This document shows positions 30,468-39,621 of a DNA stretch of 64,000 nt, piece by piece. Within the stretch, counting starts at the first letter, position 1; each line of letters opens with the position of its first letter. Position numbers and translations under genes: made by a program. The notes under the pieces were generated by a model, which saw nothing but the letters and a program-made list of their open reading frames with translations, was not told the DNA's origin and did not search any database. The DNA comes from Rhodospirillales bacterium (GTDB taxonomy: Bacteria; Pseudomonadota; Alphaproteobacteria; Rhodospirillales; Casp-alpha2), in NCBI GenBank assembly GCA_040221095.1, contig JAVJVP010000017.1, forward strand, positions 21,708 through 85,707, given 5' to 3'.

Positions 30468-30935
30468 ATGGATATCATGACCACCGACTTCCAGCCCCTC
30501 GACGACGCCTTTGCCCAACGCGTGCGCGACAGCTTCGACAAGCAGGGCATCATGGGTCATATCGGGGCCCGTCTGGGCGAGGTGCGCCCCGGATATTGCG
30601 AGATCGAACTGCCCTATTCGGACGCCGTGTCGCAGCAGCACGGTTTTTTTCACGGCGGCGTCGTCGGCACCATCGCCGACAGCGCCGGCGGGTTCGCCGC
30701 CTACAGCCTGATGGGGGCGGGCGACGGCGTGCTGACCGTGGAATACAAGCTGAACCTGATGGCGCCCGCCGACGGGGACGAGCTGATCGCCCGCGGCTAT
30801 GTGGTGCGGCCCGGCAAGACCCTGACCGTCAGCCGGGCCGAGGTGATGGTGGTCAAGGATGGCCAGGCGCTGCCCTGCGCCGCCCTGCAGCAGACCTTGA
30901 TGCGCGTCCAGGGCCGCGCCGACGTGATCGGGTAG
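30468..30935 (+). CDS. PaaI-family hotdog thioesterase
   Basis: QQHGFFHGGVVGTIADSAGGFAA and TVEYKLNLMAP. Confidence 0.85.
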   Translation: MDIMTTDFQPLDDAFAQRVRDSFDKQGIMGHIGARLGEVRPGYCEIELPYSDAVSQQHGFFHGGVVGTIADSAGGFAAYSLMGAGDGVLTVEYKLNLMAPADGDELIARGYVVRPGKTLTVSRAEVMVVKDGQALPCAALQQTLMRVQGRADVIG

Positions 30936-30945
30936 GGGGCGTTCC

Positions 30946-31326
30946 GTGAGTGACAAGAAACGGGAAGGTGTGGCTCAGTTCATGGCCCGTTGGTGCATCG
31001 ACGGCTGGAAGGGCAAGATTCCCCTGACGCGCATGTTCTGGGGCGGCGGCGCCGTGTGGTTCGTCGGTTTCGCGCTCGAGCGCGGCGTGGTCAACCTGTT
31101 CCGGGTGCCGCAGTCGCCCTATTTCTCCGGTGAACTTTACGTGCTTGATGGCCTGCTGCGGCTGTGCGAGTGGATCTTGATGGCGGCCTTCGTGTGGTGG
31201 TGCATCGGCGTGTGGCGGTCCGTCGACCACGAACCCCCGGGTGTCTGGCCGACTACGGCGCGCGGCATGGTGGCCCTGTTTGTCATCGCCAACATGGCTT
31301 CCGCATTCGTGGCGTTGTCGCGATGA
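30946..31326 (+). CDS. Hypothetical membrane protein (126 aa)
   Basis: About 3 predicted TM segments. Paralogous to the next gene (W-x-G...FW..G near the N-terminus and W...WR....P..W....RG near the C-terminus). GTG start. Confidence 0.5.
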   Translation: MSDKKREGVAQFMARWCIDGWKGKIPLTRMFWGGGAVWFVGFALERGVVNLFRVPQSPYFSGELYVLDGLLRLCEWILMAAFVWWCIGVWRSVDHEPPGVWPTTARGMVALFVIANMASAFVALSR

Positions 31327-31760
31327 TCAACGACCAGACCCCCGTTTACATCAACCTGCACGGCGGCGGCGGCATGCCCGGCAACGAGCCGCCGGAGCCG
31401 ATTTTCAAGCGCTGCTGGCGCGGCCACGAGAGGCTGTGGGTCGTGTTCTGGGCCTATGGCGTGTTCGGCACGGGTGTCGTTCTCGCCTGTGTCCTGGCGG
31501 CGATCTTCATCGGTCTGCAAATCGGCCTGATGTTCGCGCCCCAGAACACCCATGGCGGTTATGTCGGCGGGATCACCGGCATGGTTCTTGGCGCGGCGGT
31601 GGCGGTGCCCTATCTGATCTGGATGACGGTCAGCCTGTGGCGCTGCGCGCCCAATGTTGAAAACCCGCTCTGGACCCGTCTGATGCGGGGTTGGCTGATC
31701 GCGGAGTGGATCGGCCTGGCCATGGCAGGATACAATTTCGCGCATCTTCTCAAGCTGTAA
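31323..31760 (+). CDS. Hypothetical membrane protein (145 aa), tandem paralog
   Basis: The ATG overlaps the previous stop (atga). Shares motif blocks with the 30946 product. Confidence 0.5.
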   Translation: MINDQTPVYINLHGGGGMPGNEPPEPIFKRCWRGHERLWVVFWAYGVFGTGVVLACVLAAIFIGLQIGLMFAPQNTHGGYVGGITGMVLGAAVAVPYLIWMTVSLWRCAPNVENPLWTRLMRGWLIAEWIGLAMAGYNFAHLLKL

Positions 31761-31778
31761 GAGAAGGGAGTTCCTTCA

Positions 31779-32966
31779 ATGAATGATGATCCGATCGTGA
31801 TCGCCGGCGCCGCCCGCACGCCCATGGGCGGATTTCAGGGCGACCTGTCGGGGGCCCGCGCGCCGGACCTGGGCGCGGCGGCGATCAAGGCGGCGCTGGA
31901 CCGCGCCGGCATCGCACCCGAGGCCGTGGACGAGGTCTACATGGGCATCGTGCTGCCGGCCGGCCTGGGCCAGGCCCCGGCGCGTCAGGCGGCGCTGGGC
32001 GCCGGCCTGCCGGTCGCCGTGCCGGCCACCACGCTGAACAAGATGTGCGGCTCGGGCATGAAGGCCGCCATGCTGGCCCACGACGGCATTCTCGCGGGGG
32101 CCGGCGCCGTCATGGTCGCCGGCGGCATGGAAAGCATGACCAACGCGCCCTACCTGCTGGACAAGGCGCGGGGCGGCTACCGCATGGGCCACGGCGCCGT
32201 GATGGATCATATGTTCCTGGACGGGTTGGAGGACGCCTATGACAAGGGCCGCCTCATGGGCACCTTCGCCGAGGACACGGCGACCCATTACCAGTTCACC
32301 CGGGACGCCCAGGACGATTTCGCCATTGCGTCCCTGGAGCGCGCCAAAAAGGCGATCGAGGACGGCACCTTCGACCCCGAAGTTACGCCCGTCACGGTCA
32401 AGACCCGCAAGGGTGAGGTCACGGTCGAACGGGACGAACAGCCCCTGAAGGCTGATCCGGACAAGATCCGCGCCCTGAAACCGGCCTTCGCCAAGGACGG
32501 CACGGTGACGCCCGCCAATTCGTCGTCGATTTCCGACGGGGCGGCGGCCCTGGTGTTGATGCGCCGGTCGGTGGCGGAAAAGCGCGGCCTGACGCCGCTG
32601 GCCGTCATCCACGGCCATGCGACCCATGCCCATGAACCCTGCTGGTTCACCACGGCCCCGGTCGGCGCCATGCAAAAGCTGTCTGAAAAAGTCGGCTGGG
32701 ACCTCAAGGACGTCGATCTGTTCGAAATCAACGAGGCCTTCGCCGTCGTCACCATGGCGGCCATGCGCGACCTGGACCTGCCCCACGACAAGGTCAACGT
32801 GCACGGCGGCGCCTGCGCGCTTGGCCATCCCATCGGCGCGTCGGGGGCCAGGATCATGGTGACCCTGCTGGCGGCGCTTGAGAAATATGATCTGCGCAAG
32901 GGCGTCGCGTCCCTGTGCATCGGCGGTGGTGAAGCGACCGCCGTCGCGGTCGAGCGCATCACCTGA
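31779..32966 (+). CDS. Acetyl-CoA C-acetyltransferase (thiolase II)
   Basis: NKMCGSGMKA (active Cys), NVHGGACALGHPIGASGARI, CIGGGEATAVAVE. Confidence 0.92.
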   Translation: MNDDPIVIAGAARTPMGGFQGDLSGARAPDLGAAAIKAALDRAGIAPEAVDEVYMGIVLPAGLGQAPARQAALGAGLPVAVPATTLNKMCGSGMKAAMLAHDGILAGAGAVMVAGGMESMTNAPYLLDKARGGYRMGHGAVMDHMFLDGLEDAYDKGRLMGTFAEDTATHYQFTRDAQDDFAIASLERAKKAIEDGTFDPEVTPVTVKTRKGEVTVERDEQPLKADPDKIRALKPAFAKDGTVTPANSSSISDGAAALVLMRRSVAEKRGLTPLAVIHGHATHAHEPCWFTTAPVGAMQKLSEKVGWDLKDVDLFEINEAFAVVTMAAMRDLDLPHDKVNVHGGACALGHPIGASGARIMVTLLAALEKYDLRKGVASLCIGGGEATAVAVERIT

Positions 32967-32990
32967 ACGAATTCCACAAGGGAGGAAACC

Positions 32991-33677
32991 ATGCCGACAG
33001 TCTGCATCACCGGCGCCAACCGGGGGATCGGCCTGGAAATGGCGCGCCAGTACGGGGCCGACGGCTGGACCGTCGTCGCGACCTGCCGCAATCCCATCGC
33101 ACCGGGCGAACTGGCGACGATCCCGGGCGACATCCGGGTCCACGGCCTGGACGTCGCCGACCACCGCCAGGTCGACCGTCTGGCCGGGGAAATGGCGGGC
33201 ACCAAGATCGACCTTCTGATCAACAATGCCGGGGTTTACGGCGACCGTAACTATGGCCATCAGGACATCGATTTCGCCGACTGGGAACAATCGTTCCGCA
33301 TCAACACCATGGCGCCGCTCAAGGTTGCCGGCACGTTCCTGCCGCTGATCGCGGCAAACGGCGGCGGCATGATCGCCACGGTGTCGTCGGTGCTGTCGTC
33401 GATCGCGGAATCGTCGCCCAATTCGGCGTCCTATGCCTACCGCACGTCCAAGGCGGCGGTGAACATGGCCATGCATGTGTTCGCCGAAGAGGTCCGGGAC
33501 CAGAACGTCGCCGTGATCCTTCTGCATCCCGGCTGGGTGCAGACCGACATGGGCGGCGCCAGTGCGGCCATTGACGCCCGGACCAGCGTCACGGGCATCC
33601 GCAAGGTATTGGCCGGGGCGGGCATGTCGGAGAGCGGGCGGCTGTTCGCCTACGACGGACGCGAGATACCCTGGTAA
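32991..33677 (+). CDS. Short-chain dehydrogenase/reductase
   Basis: CITGANRGIGLE (TGxxxGIG), NNAG, YRTSKAAVN (YxxxK). Confidence 0.85.
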   Translation: MPTVCITGANRGIGLEMARQYGADGWTVVATCRNPIAPGELATIPGDIRVHGLDVADHRQVDRLAGEMAGTKIDLLINNAGVYGDRNYGHQDIDFADWEQSFRINTMAPLKVAGTFLPLIAANGGGMIATVSSVLSSIAESSPNSASYAYRTSKAAVNMAMHVFAEEVRDQNVAVILLHPGWVQTDMGGASAAIDARTSVTGIRKVLAGAGMSESGRLFAYDGREIPW

Positions 33678-33693
33678 GGCGGAGACCCACGGC

Positions 33694-34314
33694 ATGAACA
33701 CAGCGGATCACAAGGGCGGCATCGAGTTCTATTTCGATTTCTCGTCGCCCTACGGCTACCTGGCGGCGCAGAAGATCGACAAGATCGGCGACCGCTACGG
33801 CCGCCGCGTCAACTGGCACCCGATCATGCTGGGTGCGATCTTCAAGCATACGGGCAATGTGCCCAACGCGGACATCGGGTTGAAGGGCGATTACATGCGC
33901 ATGGACGTGCCGCGCCTGGCCAAGATGATGGACGTGCCGTTCACCTGGCCGGAACCGTTTCCCGTCGCCACCCTGGCGGCGGCGCGGGCCTATTACTGGC
34001 TTCTGGATTACGACCCGGAAAAGGCCGTGCCCTTCGCCAAGGCCTGTTATCACCATTACTTCGGAAAAGGTGCCGACATCTCGGACATGCAGGCAGTCGT
34101 CCTGATCGCCGAGGAACTGGGCGTCGACGGCGCAGCCCTGGCCGAGGCGGTGACGCGGGACGACGTCAAGCAGCGGGTCAAGGACAAGACCGCCGAGGCC
34201 CTTGACCTTGGCGTGTTCGGATCACCCTATTTCCTGATCGACGGTGAGCCGTTCTTCGGCTCCGACCGGATTTGGCAGATCGAGCGTTTCCTGGGCAAGG
34301 GATGGAAGTCATGA
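33694..34314 (+). CDS. 2-hydroxychromene-2-carboxylate isomerase family (DsbA-like / GST-kappa) protein
   Basis: IEFYFDFSSPYGYLA and GVFGSPYFLIDGEPFFGSDR. Confidence 0.85.
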   Translation: MNTADHKGGIEFYFDFSSPYGYLAAQKIDKIGDRYGRRVNWHPIMLGAIFKHTGNVPNADIGLKGDYMRMDVPRLAKMMDVPFTWPEPFPVATLAAARAYYWLLDYDPEKAVPFAKACYHHYFGKGADISDMQAVVLIAEELGVDGAALAEAVTRDDVKQRVKDKTAEALDLGVFGSPYFLIDGEPFFGSDRIWQIERFLGKGWKS

Positions 34315-34715
34315 AGCTGAAAAAGAGCGTCAAGCAATTGGTCGCCGAGGCCAACGCCGAGATCGAGACCGTGCCCGTGGCAGGGGCTGCGGCGCTGCTC
34401 GACGATCCGGAGGTGCAGTTCATCGACATTCGCGACGTGCGCGAGCTGGAGCGCGAAGGCATGGTGCCCGGCGCCTTTCACGCGCCCCGTGGCATGCTGG
34501 AATTCTGGGTCGACCCGGACAGCCCCTACCACAAGGACGTGTTCGCCACAGGTAAGAAATTCGTTCTGTACTGCCAATCCGCCTGGCGCTCGGCCCTGGC
34601 GACCAAGGCGCTTCAGGACATGGGGCTTGAGCCGGTGGCCCATCTCGAAGGCGGGTTCCGCGCCTGGAAGGAAGCGGGACACACGGTTGGTGAGAAGCCT
34701 GGCCGAAAGGAATAG
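34311..34715 (+). CDS. Rhodanese-domain sulfurtransferase
   Basis: Active-site loop YCQSAWRS. The start overlaps the previous stop (atga). Confidence 0.85.
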   Translation: MKLKKSVKQLVAEANAEIETVPVAGAAALLDDPEVQFIDIRDVRELEREGMVPGAFHAPRGMLEFWVDPDSPYHKDVFATGKKFVLYCQSAWRSALATKALQDMGLEPVAHLEGGFRAWKEAGHTVGEKPGRKE

Positions 34716-34815
34716 CCGTTTGGCTAGGTTGTCTCTCACTATTCGAAAAAGTTAATTTGCCCATAGGTGGACGTTCGGGATCGGCGGTATATTGATCCTG
34801 GCCCTGGAGATACAC

Positions 34816-35607
34816 ATGACCACGAGTGCGCCTTTCATCACCGAGATTGCGGGCGGTATCGCGACGGTTACGCTCACAAGACCGGAAATTCACAACGCCT
34901 TCGACGACGATCTGGTCGCGCGCCTGACGCGGGAGTTTCAGGGGCTCAGCCGCGATACCGTCGTGCGGGTGGTGATCCTGGCCTCGACAGGCAAGAGCTT
35001 CTCCGCCGGCGCCGACGTCAACTGGATGAAGCGCATGGCGGAATTCGGCCAGGAAGAGAACCTGGAAGACGCCAAGGCGCTCGCCGGTCTGATGTTCACC
35101 CTGGCCAGCCTGCGCAAGCCGACCATTGCCGCCGTTCAGGGCTCGGCCTTCGGCGGCGGTGTCGGCCTGGTTGCCGCCTGCGACATCGCGGTCGCCGCCG
35201 AACAGGCCGAATTCGCCCTGACCGAGGTCAAGTTGGGCATCCTGCCGGCCGCCATCGGCCCCTATATCGTTTCCGCCATGGGGCCGCGCCAGGCGACGCG
35301 CTACATGCTGACCGGCGAGCGCATCAACGCCGCCCGCGCCGCCGAACTCGGCCTGGTCACCGAGGTCACGGACAAGGACAACGTCCTGCCCCGCGCCAAG
35401 GAATTTGCGGGCATGCTGATGAACAACGGCCCACGCGCCATGGCCGAGGTCAAGAATCTGGTGCGCTACGTGGTCGGCCACGAACACAACGAGGCATTGA
35501 TGGCGCAGACCGCCGGGCATATCGCCCGCGTCCGCGCCTCCGGCGAGGGCCGGGAAGGGCTCGCCGCCTTCCTGGAAAAAAGAAAGCCCAGCTGGATCAG
35601 GAAATAG
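34816..35607 (+). CDS. Enoyl-CoA hydratase/isomerase (methylglutaconyl-CoA hydratase-like)
   Basis: GKSFSAGADVNWM, AAVQGSAFGGGVGLVAACD, EVKLGILP. Confidence 0.88.
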   Translation: MTTSAPFITEIAGGIATVTLTRPEIHNAFDDDLVARLTREFQGLSRDTVVRVVILASTGKSFSAGADVNWMKRMAEFGQEENLEDAKALAGLMFTLASLRKPTIAAVQGSAFGGGVGLVAACDIAVAAEQAEFALTEVKLGILPAAIGPYIVSAMGPRQATRYMLTGERINAARAAELGLVTEVTDKDNVLPRAKEFAGMLMNNGPRAMAEVKNLVRYVVGHEHNEALMAQTAGHIARVRASGEGREGLAAFLEKRKPSWIRK

Positions 35608-35642
35608 CCAAAAGCAACTGACGGCACGGGGAGCGGTCTGCC

Positions 35643-36173
35643 ATGGCTGAATATGACCTATCGCAAATCAAGGTTCTGGTCGCAGAGGACTATGCGCCGA
35701 TGCGCAAGCTTCTCGGCCAGATTCTGTTCGAGCTCAACGTCGGCGATTTTCAGATGGTCGCCAGCGGCAAGGAAGCCATCGACTATCTTGCGGACTACCC
35801 GGCCGATCTGCTGCTGGTCGACAACATCATGGACCCCATCGGCGGCACCGACCTGACGCGCCTGGTGCGCGCGGGAAAGACCCCGGCGGACCGGAATATC
35901 CCGATCATCATGGTTTCGGGGGAAACCTCGAAGGACCTGATCATCGGCGCCCGCGACGCCGGGGTGAACGAATTCCTGGCCAAGCCCATATCGACCCGCA
36001 TGGTCTATCAGCGGTTCATGAACATCATCGAAAACCCGCGTTCCTTCGTCAGCACCGATGATTTCTACGGTCCCGACCGGCGGCGGCGTCAGATGCGCTT
36101 TCCCGGCCTGGAGAGGCGGCGCGCGGCCTATACCTACCAGGCGGCGGTCTCCGGCTCGGGGAACGGGGACTGA
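35643..36173 (+). CDS. Stand-alone CheY-like receiver with Arg-rich C-terminal extension (Cle-like), paralog 2
   Basis: VLVAED, LLLVD, MVSGE, FLAKP. Tail IENPRSFVSTDDFYGPDRRRRQMRFPGLERRR. Confidence 0.85.
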   Translation: MAEYDLSQIKVLVAEDYAPMRKLLGQILFELNVGDFQMVASGKEAIDYLADYPADLLLVDNIMDPIGGTDLTRLVRAGKTPADRNIPIIMVSGETSKDLIIGARDAGVNEFLAKPISTRMVYQRFMNIIENPRSFVSTDDFYGPDRRRRQMRFPGLERRRAAYTYQAAVSGSGNGD

Positions 36174-36280
36174 TCCTGGCCCGGACCTGTGGGTAACCCG
36201 GGGGGCGGGGGCCTGTTCGGCCCGGCGTTTCCTGGCTAAGCTGGGTCCGTCCTTCACCACGGCCCACCGCATACCGCATT

Positions 36281-36718
36281 ATGACCCTGCACCTCATCAA
36301 GCTTTCCGTCGGCGTCGAGAGCATCGAGCATCTGGCGCAACTCCAGCAGGCCCGTCTGCAGGCCCGCCGCGAAGCGGGGCAGGAGCCGCGCCTGTATCAC
36401 ATCACCCGCATGTGGCCCCGGCGCGAGGCGGAGGTTCTCGACGGCGGGTCGATCTATTGGGTGATCAAGCGGGCCGTGCGCTGCCGCCAGCGCCTTCTGG
36501 GTTTCGACGAGACCGTCAACGGCCAGGGCAAACCCGCCTGCGGCCTGGTGCTCGACCCCGAGATCGTGCCCGTGCGGCCGCGCGCGTCGCGTGCGTTTCA
36601 GGGATGGCGCTATCTGAATGCGGCGGACGCGCCGCCGGACCTGGACGGGGACGCGGGCGAGCTGACCGACCTGCCCCCGGAACTGGCAGACGAACTGCGT
36701 GGCCTGGGCCTGATCTAG
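36281..36718 (+). CDS. DUF1489-family protein
   Basis: MTLHLIKLSVGVESIEHL...GGSIYWVIK pattern is characteristic of the alphaproteobacterial DUF1489. Confidence 0.7.
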   Translation: MTLHLIKLSVGVESIEHLAQLQQARLQARREAGQEPRLYHITRMWPRREAEVLDGGSIYWVIKRAVRCRQRLLGFDETVNGQGKPACGLVLDPEIVPVRPRASRAFQGWRYLNAADAPPDLDGDAGELTDLPPELADELRGLGLI

Positions 36719-36926
36719 GCCCTTCCCGAGGGGGGTGACGGTGTTGTGATACACCTGGAAAGGCCGGTATTTCGGGGATTTACAGGGGGGCAAACGAGGA
36801 CGTCGGCAGCCCCGGCAACGGCGACCTTGCCCTGGGCCGTCCGGGCCATGTAGGCTCATTCACGAATCGAGGGAACTTTTGCGCGAGAACGTGAAATCTC
36901 ACCGAACGGGCGATCCTGGGAAGAAC

Positions 36927-37421
36927 ATGCCGAAACCGCAGATCATCAATCCACCCAATAAACTGAAATCCAAGGTGTCGATGGGTGGTCCAGGCGCCGT
37001 CGATCCGGAGCGCCTTGCCCGGGCCGAGGCGGTCATTGAAAAGATGACCGCGAATTATCTCGATTGGGTCGAGGCCGACCTGAAGAAGCTTGAGGTCGAA
37101 CTGGTGGCGCTCACGCCCGGAATCGCCGATGCCGAGGAGCGGATCGAGCGTATCTACCGCACGTCCCACGACATCAAGGGGCAGGGCGGCAGTTTCGGCT
37201 ATCAGCTGATGACCGAGGTCGGCGCCCTGATGTGCCGTTACATCGAGAACATGCAGGGCCCCCTGACCCAGGAAGACATCGACCTGATGAAGCTCTGCTA
37301 CAAGTCCATGCGTGCGGTGATTACCGGGCGTCTGTCCGGCGACGGCGGCGAGGCCGGGCGCATGGTGATCGACGGGCTCGGCAAGGTCGCCGCGAAGGTC
37401 AAGGCCGCCGGCGGGGACTGA
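36927..37421 (+). CDS. Stand-alone Hpt (histidine phosphotransfer) domain protein
   Basis: Phospho-His motif RTSHDIKGQGGSFGY in a four-helix-type context. ATG at 36927 chosen over the upstream track start. Confidence 0.75.
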   Translation: MPKPQIINPPNKLKSKVSMGGPGAVDPERLARAEAVIEKMTANYLDWVEADLKKLEVELVALTPGIADAEERIERIYRTSHDIKGQGGSFGYQLMTEVGALMCRYIENMQGPLTQEDIDLMKLCYKSMRAVITGRLSGDGGEAGRMVIDGLGKVAAKVKAAGGD

Positions 37422-37439
37422 TCCGCAGGGGACGCGGCG

Positions 37440-37994
37440 TCAGCCGGTTCCTGCCTCCAACTTTTCCGACATATCCGTCAGCCATTTGATGCGCTGTTCA
37501 AGCGCGTCGATGTCGTGTTCCAGCCACACATTCAACAGGCCGGGATCGGCGGCATGGTGGTCGCGCAGGCTTTGCAGGCGCGCGGCCTCGCCCTCGGCGG
37601 CTTCCAGCAGCAGGTCGACCTGATCCAGCTGGTCATCCTTGGGCAACAGGTGCAGGAAGCGGAACTTCAACGCCATGATCAACTTGTTCATGTCGTTGGA
37701 CTGGGCGCGGATGCGCGCGGTCAGAAGCGTCGCCAGTTCCTCGCGCCCGGCCTCGGAAATGGTCAGGACGGCGTTGTCCTCCAGCCCCTTGCCCTCGGTC
37801 GCGGTGACCAAACCCTCGTATTTCAAAAGTTCGATGGACGTGCCCATGACGTCGAGGGATGGCCCCAGGACATGGCTGGTGAAGTGCCGGATTTCGCCCG
37901 CCAGATCACTGTATCGCAGCGGCCCGGACGCCAGCGTGCCCAGCGCGCAGAGGCGCACGGCTTCGCGGGGGGTCAGGGTGTTGTCGGCGTACAC
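37440..37994 (-). CDS. PadR-like winged-helix regulator with coiled-coil C-terminus (tentative)
   Basis: The pattern LCALGTLASGPLRYSDLAGEI...SIELLKYEGLV resembles a PadR wHTH. Assignment is by pattern only. Confidence 0.45.
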   Translation of the reverse strand: MYADNTLTPREAVRLCALGTLASGPLRYSDLAGEIRHFTSHVLGPSLDVMGTSIELLKYEGLVTATEGKGLEDNAVLTISEAGREELATLLTARIRAQSNDMNKLIMALKFRFLHLLPKDDQLDQVDLLLEAAEGEAARLQSLRDHHAADPGLLNVWLEHDIDALEQRIKWLTDMSEKLEAGTG

Positions 37995-38089
37995 GGCGTC
38001 GGCACCTTCATAAGTTGCGAATGAGTCGCAAGTCTATGGGTAAGTCGAGAGTCTGTCCAGCGGTGGTCGCAGGCGGCGCGGGGACGGCG

Positions 38090-39481
38090 TCATCCTGCCT
38101 GTTGCGCCGCCCAGGTTTCCGTCTTCTTCAGGGCGCTGTCGAAACGGGACAGAATCTCGCCCACATCCGCCGCCGTGGCGATGAGCGGCGGGCAGAACGC
38201 GATCGAATCGCCGACGGCGCGCAGCACCAATCCCTCATCATAGCAGTATTCCTGGCATTTGGCGCCGATGGCCGTTTCCTTGGACCAAGGGGCCTTCGTG
38301 TCCTTGTCCTTGACCAGTTCGATGGCGCCGATCAGGCCCAGGCCGCGAACCTCGCCGACCAGGGGGCGGTCCTTGAACGCGCGCAGCCCCTGCTGCAGCG
38401 CCGGGGAGACGGCGCGGACATGGCCGACGATGTCCCGTTCCGCATAGATGGCGAGGGTTTCCAGCGCCACAGCCGCCGCCACGGGATGGCCGGCATAGGT
38501 CGATCCGTGGCCGAACACGCCGAAGGATTCGCTCTGCCTGACCAGGTCCTGGTAGATCTCCTCCGAGATCATCAGGGCCGACATGGGGATGTAGCCGGAC
38601 GTCAGGGCCTTGGCCATGGTCATCATGTCGGGCTTCATGCCCAGCGTGGTCGTGCCCCACATGTTGCCCGTGCGGCCGAAGCCGCAAATGACCTCATCGG
38701 CGATCAGCATCACGTCGTGGCGTTTCAGGACCGCCTGGATTTTCTCGAAATAGCCCTTGGGCGGCACGATCACGCCGCCGGCGCCCATGACCGGCTCCGC
38801 ATAGAAGGCGGCGACGGTTTCCGGGCCTTCGTCCAGGATCTGCTTTTCCAGGTTCTCGGCGCAGCGCGTGGCGAAGGTCTCCTCGTCCTCGCCGTCCTCG
38901 GCGAAGCGGTAGTGATGCGGGCAGTCCGTGTGCAGCACGCGGGCGATGGGCAGGTCGAAATCGCCGTGCAGGTGGGGCAGGCCGGTCAGGCTGGCGCCGG
39001 CCACGGTGACGCCGTGATAGCCCTTTTGCCGCGCGATCAGCTTCTTCTTCTCGGGCCTGCCGCGGGCGTTGTTCACGTACCACACCAGCTTGATCGACAG
39101 GTCGATGGCTTCCGAGCCCGAATTGGCGAACAGCACCTTGGACATGGGCACGGGGGCCAGTTCGAGGATCTTTTCCGCCAGATCGATGGTCACATCCGGG
39201 GTCTTGTGGGCGAATCCGTGATAGTTGGGCAGGCGCGACAGTTCGCGGGTCGCGGCGTCGATCAGGCGCTGTTCGCTGAAGCCCAGCGATACCGCCCACA
39301 GGCCGGCCAGGCCCTCGATGTATTCCTTGCCCGCGTCGTCGTAGATATGGATGCCGTTGCCGCGGCTGACGATCTGCGGCCCGACCTTTTCGTGCTTCGC
39401 CAGGTTGGTGTAGCCGTGCACGTGATAGGCGATGTCGCGGCTGGCGGGGGAATTTCCGGGGGCGGGGCGGGGCGTGGTCAT
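38090..39481 (-). CDS. Class-III (omega) aminotransferase, PLP-dependent
   Basis: FANSGSEAIDLSIKL, LIADEVICGFGRTG, MTMAKALTSGYIPM (PLP Lys). Confidence 0.9.
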   Translation of the reverse strand: MTTPRPAPGNSPASRDIAYHVHGYTNLAKHEKVGPQIVSRGNGIHIYDDAGKEYIEGLAGLWAVSLGFSEQRLIDAATRELSRLPNYHGFAHKTPDVTIDLAEKILELAPVPMSKVLFANSGSEAIDLSIKLVWYVNNARGRPEKKKLIARQKGYHGVTVAGASLTGLPHLHGDFDLPIARVLHTDCPHHYRFAEDGEDEETFATRCAENLEKQILDEGPETVAAFYAEPVMGAGGVIVPPKGYFEKIQAVLKRHDVMLIADEVICGFGRTGNMWGTTTLGMKPDMMTMAKALTSGYIPMSALMISEEIYQDLVRQSESFGVFGHGSTYAGHPVAAAVALETLAIYAERDIVGHVRAVSPALQQGLRAFKDRPLVGEVRGLGLIGAIELVKDKDTKAPWSKETAIGAKCQEYCYDEGLVLRAVGDSIAFCPPLIATAADVGEILSRFDSALKKTETWAAQQAG

Positions 39482-39621
39482 GGCGGCTTCCTGATCGATA
39501 TGGCGGTGCGGGTGGTTGGCGCGCGCAGTGTGGTCCAAACAGGGGCCGGCCCGCAACGCCGGATGCGGGAATTCATCCGGCGTTGCGTTTGTCCGGGCGG
39601 TCACACGTGGATTATAGGGGC

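Noticed and set aside
31776-33701. 641-aa ORF antisense to the thiolase and SDR genes
   Set aside because: Shadow ORF. The plus-strand genes carry unambiguous catalytic motifs.
36860-36900. GGAAC...CGT(G) sequence upstream of the Hpt gene as an EcfG-type general-stress promoter
   Set aside because: Spacing is 13 nt rather than 16-17, and the -10 element is CGTG rather than CGTT, so it does not fit the consensus.
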